A DNA stretch of 64,000 nucleotides from Cyanophora paradoxa CCMP329. Taxonomy: Eukaryota > Plantae > Glaucophyta. The stretch covers positions 186,001-250,000 of the forward strand of contig QPMI01000503.1 of NCBI GenBank assembly GCA_004431415.1, in the 5' to 3' direction. Below are positions 1 through 11,046 of the stretch, piece by piece. The notes under the pieces were generated by a model. That model had not been told where the DNA came from. It saw only the letters and a program-made list of their open reading frames with translations, and searched no databases. Each line of letters starts with the position of its first letter. The first letter of the stretch is position 1. The position numbers were made by a program, and so were the translations under genes.

Positions 1-258
1 TGACGAAGCGGGAAGCTAAGCTGCGTGGCACCGCGCGCCACCCTCAGCGCCCTTAAGCTTGGCTCGGAGGCCTGCCCTCTCTCCCTGCCTTCCCGGCCCT
101 TCGCCCCCCTTCATGACCTGGCCATGCCCACAGCGCGCGCGAGTTCCTGCTGAGCACGTGCGGCTACACCCTCTTCGCCACCCACTTCCAAGGTCCCCTC
201 GCGATCGGCCCCATTCTGCTGTGATCTCCGTTGCGAATCGAACCGATATCCGATGTCA

Positions 259-773
259 CAGAATGTGCGACGGGGCAGCCCTCACGGAGCTTGCGAGGAA
301 AACTTCCACCGCCCCTGTACCCCCCGTATTCCTTTTAGAACACGCATGGCAGACGGATGTGGGGGTGGCGATGGGCGGCCGCGGATACCTCCACTTCCAG
401 TGCACCCTTGCGGAGGTCCGAACCCGCGCCCCGCGCCCCGCGCCCGCCCAAATTTATAATCCAACTCGCCTCGAGCTTGCAGGGGCGGAACATGGAGGGG
501 CACTACGGGATCGCGGTGCACGTGGCGCAAACGGAGGGCGGCCGGCCTGCCCCGCCCCCTCGTCGACTGCGCCGAGCAGCTCGCCGTCCATGGGCCAGGT
601 CCACCTGGGCAGCGTGCTCCGCTTCGAATTCGCTTTCGGGCCCGATCGCGAGGCACGCGGGGCAGAGCAGGGGTGCAGGTGCGGGGGCGCCTGGAGCGGG
701 TGGGCCGCCTGTGCGCATGCGCCCTCGAGCTCCCCAGCCTGGCAGGCGCCCGCCCTATTTTTAGGCCGTCTGA
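259..773 (+). CDS. 3' exons of an unidentified spliced gene (starts upstream or at window edge)
   Basis: AG/GT(GC)-bounded exon-like blocks TDVGVAMGGRGYLHFQCTLAE, GRNMEGHYGIAVHVAQTE and MGQVHLGSVLRFEFAFGPDRE. No family recognised; boundaries approximate. Confidence 0.3.
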
Positions 774-973
774 AGCGTTTGATGGCGCGCTCTCAGGAAC
801 ACGCGTGCGCGTGCAAACGCGCGTGCGACCCGTGCGTGCTTAAAAGTTCCCTCCTCCCTCACGCATGTGTTCATTTGGCAATTAATTTTGTTAGATTAAA
901 CTGTGCAAGACAGACCATCGGAAGACTAAATGAAAGAGAATTCGAAATGCAGGCCAAAATAAAGGGGAGGGGC

Positions 974-2936
974 TTAGTCGGTGGTCATGACGATGCGGTA
1001 CTTGGCCTGGCCCTTGTGGCACCGCTCCATCGCCTCGTTGACCTGTCGGACGGGCGGGTCAGCGCTCGAGAAAGAAAGCCAAGCGGGTTCGACAGAGGGC
1101 AAACCTGGCTGAGCTTCATGAGCTCGATCTGGGGGCGGATGCCGTGGATCGAGACGAAGTTGAGCATGGCGCGCATCTCGCGGCGGCCGCCGACGACCGA
1201 GCCGACGATCGACTTCTGGCCGAAGATGAGCGTCATGTTGCCGACCTTGACGTCCGTGACGGGGATGCCGATGAGCACGAGCTTGCCGTCTGCGCGCGGG
1301 ACGATGCGTATGTCAGCACGCACGCGACTGCCGGGGGCACTCACGCGCGGTCGCGCACTGTTGCGGAGGAACGAGCAGAAGAGGTCGTAATCGATCGGGG
1401 CCGGGCAGGTGTTCAGGATCTGCATCTGTTCAGGATTGGAACGGGGAGGCGAGCGGGCGGGCGCACGAGGTCCTGGGTGGCCTTGGCCGCCTGGCAGTGC
1501 TCCTTGTCGGAGAAGTCAACGAAGCGGTGCGCGCCGAACCGCTTCGCGTCGGCCTCCTGGTTGGCGAACGCCGAGAAGGCGGTGACCTCGCAGCCCATGG
1601 CGTGAGCGAACTGCAGGGCAAGGTGGCTGCTCGCCCGTCAGCTCCGGTCCGCGGCCCGGCCCCGGCGCAACGCGCGGACGAACCCGAGACCGCCGACTGC
1701 AATGACGCCGACCTTCATGCCGGGTTTGGCCCACCGGTCGAGGGGCGAGTAGACGGTGTGGCCTGCGGGCGACCAAAACATTAATCGAATATTGGGGAGA
1801 TGGGAAAGAAGGAGCGCCGCGCGTCTTACCGGCGCACATGAGGGGCGCGGCGTACTCGCTCGGCAGCCTGGAGAACGGAGTCGGTTGACGGAAGAATTCG
1901 AAGACCGTCGGACGGCAACTGCAACCGTCGGGCAAGAACGCACGCGTCGGGGATCTTGAAGCAGAAGCGCTCCGAGGCGCGCATGCGCTCCTGGAAGCCA
2001 CCTGCACGCGAACAGAATGAAGAACGAATACTTGGCTAAGAACTGTAAGTCCCGGACGCCAGGTCGCGAACCGTGGTTGCCGACGATGAGGCCCTTGTAG
2101 CCCTAGAATGACACGTCCGGCAGTCAAGGAAACGAACAGGATTCTACCTTGAGCATCACATCACCTTCTCGCACAGGTTCTCATCGCCCATCTCGCACTC
2201 GCGGCACCCGCCGCAGGAGTCGCCGATCCAGCTGAAGGTCCGGTCAGGGTCGGCGACGTCGACGATGCGACAGCGGAATAGATAATATTAATTATATAAA
2301 GTTGCGAACCCGAAACCGCAGCGGTCGCCGACATTCACGCTGGCCAGCACGAAGCACGAAGCGATCGTGAGCTCGGGGTTATGACGGACGGTGGCGGAGG
2401 AGGCACCGGGAAACCTTGGAGCCGACAGCCTCGACGACGCCAACGACCTCGTGGCCGGGAATCTGCACAAAATGGCGTTCGGACGCGGCGAACTTCGGGA
2501 CATGAGGGAATCTGGACGTCACGGCGTGAACATACGAGGGGGAAAGTGGAGATGCCCCAGTCGTTGTCGCGCATGTGGATGTCGCTGCGCATGCGAATGC
2601 ATCGATATCAGCGAGCGCACGCGTGACGTGCCTGGAATGGCTCGCTCACGTGTGGCAGAGGCCATTGTGGGTGACCTTCAGCTCCACGTCGTAGTCTGGA
2701 CGAGACCAGCCCGTCAGCGCGCCGCCAAAGATCTAGAGGCACATCTATAGCTACTGACCGCCGAGGGGCTTGGGAGTGTACGTCCACGGCTCAAGGGGCT
2801 GCGCGGCGACAATGTTCGACCCCGCGTCCCGGAAAACGGGCGTCGCGTGGCACAGCGTCTCGTGGAGTAGCTAGAGCCCAGTAGGCACCTTGCCCTTAGA
2901 GACGACGGCATAGGCCTTGAAGGTGGTCATGGTCAT
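974..2936 (-). CDS. Zinc-dependent NAD(P)H alcohol dehydrogenase, cinnamyl-alcohol-dehydrogenase-like (MDR family), multi-exon
   Basis: Spliced product MTMTTFKAYAV..., SDIHMRDNDWG, GHEVVG, structural-Zn motif CGGCRECEMGDENLC, APLMCAG, GGLG nucleotide-binding motif, SIVGSVVGGRREM, ending ...KYRIVMTTD* (TAA at 974-976). Confidence 0.93.
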
Positions 2937-4586
2937 GAAACTGCGAGCTAGTAATTATAACTGAGAGCTTGCCAATTGCAAGTTCAAGCTGAGTTGCAAC
3001 TGCGCGCGAGCTGCTACCTATAGCCTATACTATGATAGGCTCCGGCTCCTACTGTGACTGACCTACCGTAGTACAGCTGTAGGATCATGAACTTGACTCA
3101 GTGACATGAAGTGACATGAACTCACTGAGTCAGTGCACGTGAAGGTACGGACCGTACGGTCCTGCTTGCAAGTTCAACGGTTGCAGGCCAATTGCAAGTT
3201 CAAACTTTGAAAGTTCAACGGTTGCGGCAAGCCCGGCCTACTAGGCTATATACTAGTAGCTATCATAGTATAGCTAGCCTAGTACTAGTAGGCCCGCAGT
3301 GCCGCAGTACTAGTCAGTGGTCACTGAGTGCGGGGACTGTGCGGCACTGCGCATGCGCACTGCCACACGCCGGCAGGGCCCGGCAGTGGGGCCGGCACTG
3401 CCGCAGTGCCGCAGTGCTGGCCGGGCAGTCTGCGACTCTGCGCGGCTAGACTGCGCCGACTCTGCGCATGCCGCAGTGCGGCAGTGCGGGCCGTGCGGCC
3501 CGGCCGGCAGGCCGGGTCGCCGCCGGGTGACGCCGTGACGGGCCGCCGCCCGGACTCAGTGACGCGGGCGCCGGGCGTCACCGTCACACGCCGTCACGCC
3601 GTGTGAATCGGTGTGATCATGCCAGTGATGATGACGGGGCCAGACGGGCACCGCCGCACCGGGCACTGCGGCACGCCGACGGCCCGGCGGGCCAGGCTGC
3701 CAGCCGTCTGCCAGCCTGGCAGCCGGTGCCAGCTGCAGCCGCTGAGCACTAGCCTGTGAGTCTGTGAGTCTGTGACTGCCGCAGTGCCAGGCTGCCTGCC
3801 AGGCTGGCCCGGTGCCCCGCAGCTCCGAGGCTCGCTACTACTATGACTAGTCTATGAGTCTATGACTCGCTAGGCCCTGAGGCGCTGGCGCCGCTGGGCC
3901 GCAGCCGCGGCCGGCGCAAAAATATATGATTATATAATTATTTTGTTTTCTTTAATTTCAAGTTTGTCCCTGTGCCATGTGCCCCGGCGCCCCATCCGTG
4001 CGCGTGCTCCAACGGACCCGGGAGCACGTGCACCGCGGCACTAACTTAGTAAGAATTGAACGGCCGCGGGCGAAGCCTCGCGGCCGGACGCCCTCGCGTC
4101 ACCGAGTCACGGCGTCCCAGAGTCCGTGCCCTGTCACAGTGTCTGATCATGATCATGATTTCTGGCGCAGGGGGAGGGAGAGATCTAGAGGAGGGCTGCT
4201 GAAATCAGTGCTGATCATGAGAGGGATATCGATCGCGATCCGGATCCGGATGCCTAGTCCGGACTCCGGAGGCCCTAGCTTGTATCGGGGGTGTACCCAC
4301 GCGCGCGCCGCGAGCCTCGAGGGGGGGCGGCATGCGCACGCGTACTACGTATACGGTACGCGCAGTTGGCCGGCCCGGCATATATATACACCCGCCGCAA
4401 CTAAAGGCCCGCATGCGCAAGGCTTATGCCTGCTTAAAACCTCCGTGGAGGCTTTCAAAAAAAGGGGAAATTGACTCAATTTCCCGAGTCCGAGAACTGA
4501 TCATTTTTTTGAGAGACTACGGAGTCTACGGTGGGGCGAACTCGGAACCCCCCGACGCCCCCGTAGGAACTGATCATGAATCCAAC

Positions 4587-4976
4587 TAGGGTTGCCGAAT
4601 TTCGGAAATTCGGATTTTGGAGCGCCGAAATTCGGAATCGGCCCGCCGAAATTTCCGAAATTTCGGCCAAAATTTCGGCGAGCCCCCGCCCTCCGGAAAT
4701 CGTAAACAACAGGTTGAGTCCCCTTTAACCTAAAACAGACTGCCTAGCAATGCCTACTCGTGTGTTTAGCAGTGCCTACGGGCGCAGTTAGCCAGTCCCC
4801 GCCCCCCGGGCACCCCAACCCCCCACTTCCACGGCCGAAATATGGATATTCCGAATATTTTACTGATTATTTTATTCTCTTTCGGCGAAGTTCGGATCGG
4901 AGGGTGCCGAAATTTCGCCGAAATTTTGAATCTTTCGGAAATTGCGGCCGGCCGAAATTTCGTCCCGGTAACCCTA
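4587..4976. mobile_element. Non-autonomous hAT-type MITE (390 bp)
   Basis: TIRs TAGGGTTGCCG / CGGTAACCCTA (10/11 match). Perfect 8-bp TSD AATCCAAC at 4579-4586 and 4977-4984. Many subterminal CCGAAATT/AATTTCGG repeats. Confidence 0.9.
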
Positions 4977-5688
4977 AATCCAACTGATCCTCCGGGCGGA
5001 CCGGGCCTCCGGCATTAAATATTCCCCGGAATTCCCGAAGTTCCGGACTCTCCCCGGGATCCGGAGCTCGAGCTAGTCCGGACTCCGGACTCCGGAGTCC
5101 GGACCGTCACGGCGTACGTCGACGTTAGACGGCCCGCGGACCGCCGCGCGCAGCGGCGCGGCGGCGCGGGCGCCCGGGCGGCCGCTCATGATGCGGCGCG
5201 GGCTGCGGCCCTGCGGGCCTGCGGGCCTGCGGCCCTGCAGGCTGCGGCCCAGGCTGCGGGCAATCATTGAATGCCCGGCCGCGGGCCGCCGGGGCCGCCG
5301 GCCGCGGGCATCATGCGGCGCATCATGGCATATATATATGATATATGCGCATCTTCAAAGGCTTGCAAAAATTGCGCATCCGATGATTCCGATCATGGCA
5401 TGCATGCAGTGCCCGGCGGCCAACGCCGGCCATGCACCGTTGCACGGGTACGTAATACGGTATATATATATAATGATACGGACCCCGTACCGTAGACTGG
5501 TCCGTAGTACAGAGTACTACAGTACTGACTCACTACTACTGAGTACTGTCAGTACGGTAGTACGCGTGGCAGGCACTGCCGCACTGGCAGCTGCGCGCAT
5601 GCCAGCTGCGCATGCAGCCTGGCAGGCTGCAGCTGGCAGACACTGGCCATGGCACTGCCGCAGTGCGGCAGTACTACGGTACCGTGGT

Positions 5689-5950
5689 CCGTAGGGCACT
5701 TAAGTACCGCGGGCACTTAACTAACGCGGTACCAAATTAACGCGCCAAAAGTTTGTTAAAACGCGGTAATTTGGTGCCGCGGTAATTTGCTGCTGAGAGG
5801 TCGCCCCGTACAGTACCCCATCAAATTACTGCCCCATACAAGCCTCAAATTTTTAAAACCGCGTTAATTTGGTACCGCAGTATTTAATTCGCTGGAGTGC
5901 CATTTTTGAAACCGCGTTAATTAACGCCGCAGTAATTTAGTGCCCGACGG
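5689..5950. mobile_element. Putative Tc1/mariner/pogo-like MITE (~260 bp)
   Basis: Imperfect 23-bp TIR (CCGTAGGGCACTTAAGTACCGCG vs revcomp CCGTCGGGCACTAAATTACTGCG, 19/23). TA flanks the right end only. Internal CCGCGTTAATT-type repeats; more AT-rich than the flanks. Confidence 0.55.
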
Positions 5951-6226
5951 TAGCCGCATGATGCCCGCATGCGCACTGCGGCACCGGCCCCCACTGGCAG
6001 CTGCAGGTATACCGGTAACGCTAGCGCTGCTGCCGCACTGCGGCATCCCGGGCCCGGAAGTTTGACCTCATCAGTACTAGTGCTACGTATACTTAAGCTT
6101 CCGAAGTTCTAGCTATAGCCGCTGAGCTATAGCTATCGCAAACGTACTACGGTACTTCGCTCAGCCTGACAGGCTGCTGTGGCAGCGTTACTAGAACTTC
6201 AACGCGCAACGTTAAATTAACGCAAA

Positions 6227-8437
6227 ATGACGACCGTAGCAGCAAAGGCGCTCGCCGCAGCGACAGCGGCCCAGGATGCCATCAATGTGCTCACCACGAC
6301 TGTCAGCACGGTTTCGACCACTGCAACCAAGGGCGTGACGAACGCGAAGGCAGCACAGACGACTGCGGACAAGGCCGTAACAAATGCGAAGACCGCCCAA
6401 ACAACCGCGGACACCGCCGTGGCGAATGCGAAGACAGCGCAGACGACCGCGGAAGCGGCACAGGTGGCTGCGGACAACGCGGTGACGAGCGCGGGAACGG
6501 CGAACTTGGCTGCGGGCAAGGCAGCGACGATTGCGGAAGCGGCGCAGGCTACTGCGGACAAGGCGGTGACGATCGCTAGCGCTGGGGCGGCTCAGAGCGA
6601 GGTCGACGCGCTCGAGGCGTCGGTGGACAAGATCATCGCGAACTATGCGACGAAGGTTGACGTCGACAGCGTCAGCCAAGGTGCGCGGCGCCCCGCGTTC
6701 GGGGCTGGGCCAGCCGCGGGACGGCAACCGCGGCCGGACCGGATCGGCACGGGCCCTGATCATGACGACATTGACGTCGACGGCGCGCGCAGCGATTGCG
6801 GCTAAGGCGGACACGGTGACCGTTGACGCGCAGCTCGCCACACTCCAGTCCGGTGTGCATATGCTAGCGCTCCGGATCCCTGCGGCCCGCCCCCCGGCCG
6901 GCGCCGGCTGCAGCTGAAGGCGGGGGCCGCGGGCGGCAGGCCTCGAGGACAAGATTGCGACGGCGACGACGGCGGCCGACGCGCGATTGACCGCCCTCGA
7001 CACGGGTCCGCCCGTCACGCGTATCCGTCAAACCGCGGGCCAGGGCGCGCGCGTGCCCCGAACCCGCTGGCGCAGCGCTGGCGGCGAATTCAAAGGCGGA
7101 CCTGGCGGACACGACGGCTCTCGCGGCCAGTGAGCTCGAGCCGGGGCTGAGCCCGCGCGCTTCCGCCCGATTCTCATCCCCCATTCGAATTCGTGCATGC
7201 GCAGGCCTGACGACGGCTGCGGACGCCGCCACGCAGAAATTCGCCGCCGTCGACCAGGGTGCGCTCCGGCCGCGGCCACCGGACCGGAGCCGGCGCCCGA
7301 CGCGACACGCATGCGCATAGGCTGACCACAGGCCCGCAGCGCTCGCGGCCAAGGCGGGCGCGGACGACCTCGCCACGCTCGACCAGGGTGCGTTGGTTCT
7401 CAACATCACATATGCATGTACTCATAGATATTATTATATATTACAGTGTAATTGGAACTTGCAACTGTCCCTCTTTCCCGGCCCTGCGCATGCTGAACTC
7501 GGAAGCGGGCGCAGAGGTGGATACGAAGGCGGACGCGGCGGCGGTCCAGGCGAGCCTCGACAGCCTCAAGGCCGGTGCGCTCCATGGCCAGGCGCTATAT
7601 TTATCGTTTGCGCCCGGGGCCTCGGGATGAGTAGCACGGCCGTCCGACGGTCTCGCGATCGCCCGGCGGTCTGCGGCCAGGCGGGATGACAGGGCAGAAT
7701 ATGGAAATTTGAACGCGCCTTGTAGAGACTCTGAGAGATCTATCGATAGACATATTATATAGTCGTACGAGAGGCTCGCCCGCACCTCGCCAGGGCCGCC
7801 GGCGCCGGCTGAGGGCGGGGGCGGCAGGCCTCGAGGACAAGATTGCAACGGCGACGACGGCGGCCGACGCGCGACTGACCGCCCTCGACACGGGTGCGCC
7901 GGCGCCCGTCGGGCAAACGGCGGGCCAGGCCGCGCGCGCTCCCCGAACCCGCTGGCGCAGCGCTGGCGGCGAATTCGAAGGCGGACCTGGCGGACACGAC
8001 GGCTCTCGCGGCCAGTGAGCTCGAGCCGGGGCTGGGCCCGCGCCCGCCCGATTCTCATCCCCCAATCGTGCAGGCCTGACGACGGCTGCGGACGCCGCCA
8101 CGCAGAAATTCGCCGCCGTCGACCAGGGTGCGCCCCCCCGGCGCCCGACCGTCGGACGCGGCCCGCATGCGCATGGACTGAGCGCGGGCCCGCAGCGCTC
8201 GCGGCCAAGGCGGGCGCGGACGACCTCGCCACGCTCGACCAGGGTGCGTTGGTTCTCAACATCACATGTACTCATGATCATAGATATTATTATATATTAC
8301 AGTGTAATTGGAACTTGCAGCTGTCCCTCTTTCCCGGCCCTGTGCATGCTGACGCGGGCGCAGAGGTGGATACCAAGGCGGACGCGGCGGCGGTCCAGGC
8401 GAGCCTCGACAGCCTCAAGGCCGGTGCGCTCCAGGCG

Positions 8438-8523
<86 letters not shown>

Positions 8524-11046
8524 TTTGCGCCTCGGGATGAGGAGCACGGCCGCCTCGCCTGCGGCCAAGCTTAAGTGGGATATCGATGATAGGGCAGAAT
8601 GTGGAAACCTGAACGCGTCTTGTAGAGAGATCTATCGATAGAAATAGGATTTATGCGTATGAGAGGCTCGCCCGCACCTCGCCAGGGCCGCCGGCGCCGG
8701 CTGAGGGCGGGGGCGGCAGGCCTCGAGGACAAGATTGTGACGGCGACGACGGCGGCCGACGCGCGACTGACCGCCCTCGACACGGGTGCGCCCGTCGGGC
8801 AAACGGCGGGCCAGGCCGGCGCCGCGCGCGCTCCCCGAACCGGCCGGCGCAGCACTGGCGGCGAAGGCGGACCTGGCGGACACGACGGCTCTCGCGGCCA
8901 GTGAGCTCGAGCCGGGGCTGAGCCCGCGCCCGCCCGATTCTCATCCCCCATTCGTGCAGGCCTGACGACGGCTGCGGACGCCGCCACGCAGAAATTCGCC
9001 GCCGTCGACCAGGGTGCGCCCCCCCGGCGCCCGACCGTCGGACGCGGCCCGCATGCCATGATGCGCATGGACTGAGCGCGGGCCCGCAGCGCTTGCGGCC
9101 AAGGCGGGCGCGGACGACCTCGCCACGCTCGACCAGGGTGCGTTGGTTCTCAACATCACATGTACTCATGATCATAGATATTATTATATATTACGTATAC
9201 AGTGTAATTGGAACTTGCAACTGTCCCTCTTTCCCGGCCCTGTGCATGCTGACGCGGGCGCAGAGGTGGACACCAAGGCGGACGCGGCGGCGGTCCAGGC
9301 GAGCCTCGACAGCCTCAAGGCTGGTGCGCTCCATGGCCAAACGCTATATATCGTTTTCGCCTCGAGCTCGGGTTATCGATGAGGAGCACGGCCGCCTCGC
9401 CTGCCGCCGGGCGCGCGGAATGATAGGGCAGAATATTATGGAAACCTAAACGCGCCTTTTATATACGTAGAGAAATCTATAGATAGACGTGCGTGCGCGC
9501 AGAGATCGCGGCCTGCGCGACTGCCGTGGACGTGGACGCCAAGATAGCGGCGGCTCAAGCGAACGTGGACGCCAAAATCGCCACCTTGACACAGCTTGCG
9601 GCCACCCTCCAGACCGGTGCGCATGCATATGCTCTTCCACCGGCTGTCCCCCGGCGAGGTTGCAATTGCATTATATTGAACGGGGTGGCCGCGGCGCAGC
9701 GCTGGCGGCAAAGGCGGACAAGACGGCACTGGACACGGTGGAGGACGGTGCGCCGCGCCGGCGGTGGGCAGCTGGGGCTCTCTGAGCACGGCCGCGGGCC
9801 CGCAGTGCTGTCGACGAAGGTCGACCAGTCGTCGCTGGAGACTGCGGTGGGGGACGCCGCGGCGGCGGACAAGCAGTACTTGGAAGAGGCGATCTCACAG
9901 AAGGCCGACCAGTCGTCACTGGATGCGCTGAAGGCTGCGGTGGGAGACACCGCGGCGGCTGACAAGCAGTACTTGGAAGAGGCGATCTCACAGAAGGTCG
10001 ACCAGTCGTCGCTGGATGCGCTGAAGGCTGCGGTGGGAGACACCGCGGCGGCGGACAAGCAGTACTTGGAAGAGGCGATCTCACAGAAGGTCGACCAGTC
10101 GTCGCTGGATGCGCTGAAGGCTGCGGTGGGGGACGCCGCGGCGGCTGACAAGCAGTACTTGGAAGAGGCGATCTCGCAGAAGGTCGACCAGTCGTCGCTG
10201 GATGCGCTGAAGACTGAGGTGTGGGACGCCGTGACGGCGGACAAGCAGTATTTGGAAGAGGAGATCACAAAGACAAACGACAGTGCGTGGCAACGTGTAA
10301 ATGTACGGCGGGGGGCGCACCTGATCATAAACTCGGGTCCAAATCCGCAGCGGTGGCGACGAAGGCCGACGCCGCGGACCTGGCGAGCGTGAAGAGCGGT
10401 CTGCTCCCCCGGGCCCGGGCCCAACCCGCGTCTAGCACTTTAGATCTATTAATAATGTGACGTCGACGACACAAATTATGTATTTATCAGTGTGAAGCTC
10501 TAGATCTTCTGCGAGACTATATTACATGTATTCATATATATATATAACTAAAGCCGGGACCCCGAGCACCTTCGTCATACCGCCATTTCTAGATCTCATC
10601 TCTGGGTCTGGCAGAGCTGGCGAGCAGCATCCAGGACCTGGCGACGCAGCTGGCGGCCAAGCAGCAGCTGGAGGCGGACGTAGAGGAGGTGCTGGAGTGG
10701 CACGGGCCGATGGGGCTCGAGGAGGCCGCCTTCCTTGAGGGCGCCGACCTCGACCTCGACGCACTCGTCGTCATCGCCGAGGTGCGTTAACGTTGGATCG
10801 CTTTTCACACAGCTACGGTTCTTCCTTTCCAGTTCTCGCTGTATACGTATACGTACACATATATATATACACATATTTGTAGTTCATCTCGTTATATATA
10901 GACGTCGACGCGTACGCCGTGGTCTTGATCTTCATGATAAATGCCTGCATGCGCAGCTGCGCCCGCGCCCGTGCCCTCGCCTAAAGCCCGCCCCACATGC
11001 ACAGCTCGACGGCGGCGAGGACGAGAGCAACGCGACCTTGTACTAG
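6227..11046 (+). CDS. Ala/Thr-rich fibre-like (coiled-coil) repeat protein with many short phase-1 exons
   Basis: Exon 1 (6227-6680) has AQTTADKAVTNAKT 14-aa repeats. Then 48-66 nt exons such as AIAAKADTVTVDAQLATLQS, LEDKIATATTAADARLTALDT, EVDTKADAAAVQASLDSLKA, a 31-aa repeat exon, and an acidic end ...LDGGEDESNATLY* (11046). All splice in frame with GT-AG. Confidence 0.8.
6900..9480 (+). repeat. Three tandem copies (~850-880 bp) of a 5-exon/5-intron cassette
   Basis: Near-identical exons starting GCCTCGAGGACAAGATTG recur at ~6940, ~7828 and ~8720. Introns align between copies. Confidence 0.9.
8439..8521. repeat. (TA)41 microsatellite inside an intron
   Basis: Perfect TA run. The homologous sites in the other two cassette copies carry only a few TA units. 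Confidence 0.97.
9817..10275 (+). repeat. 93-bp (31-aa) coding tandem repeat, ~5 units
   Basis: KVDQSSLDALKAAVGDTAAADKQYLEEAISQ repeated inside one exon. The first unit is shorter by 3 codons. Confidence 0.93.

Noticed and set aside
6227-6680. Ala/Thr-rich helix as a type I antifreeze protein
   Set aside because: Periodicity is 14/7 aa (coiled coil), not the 11-aa Thr spacing.
9817-10275. Regular repeats resembling a CRISPR array
   Set aside because: Contiguous coding repeats with no unique spacers, no cas genes, and a eukaryotic context.
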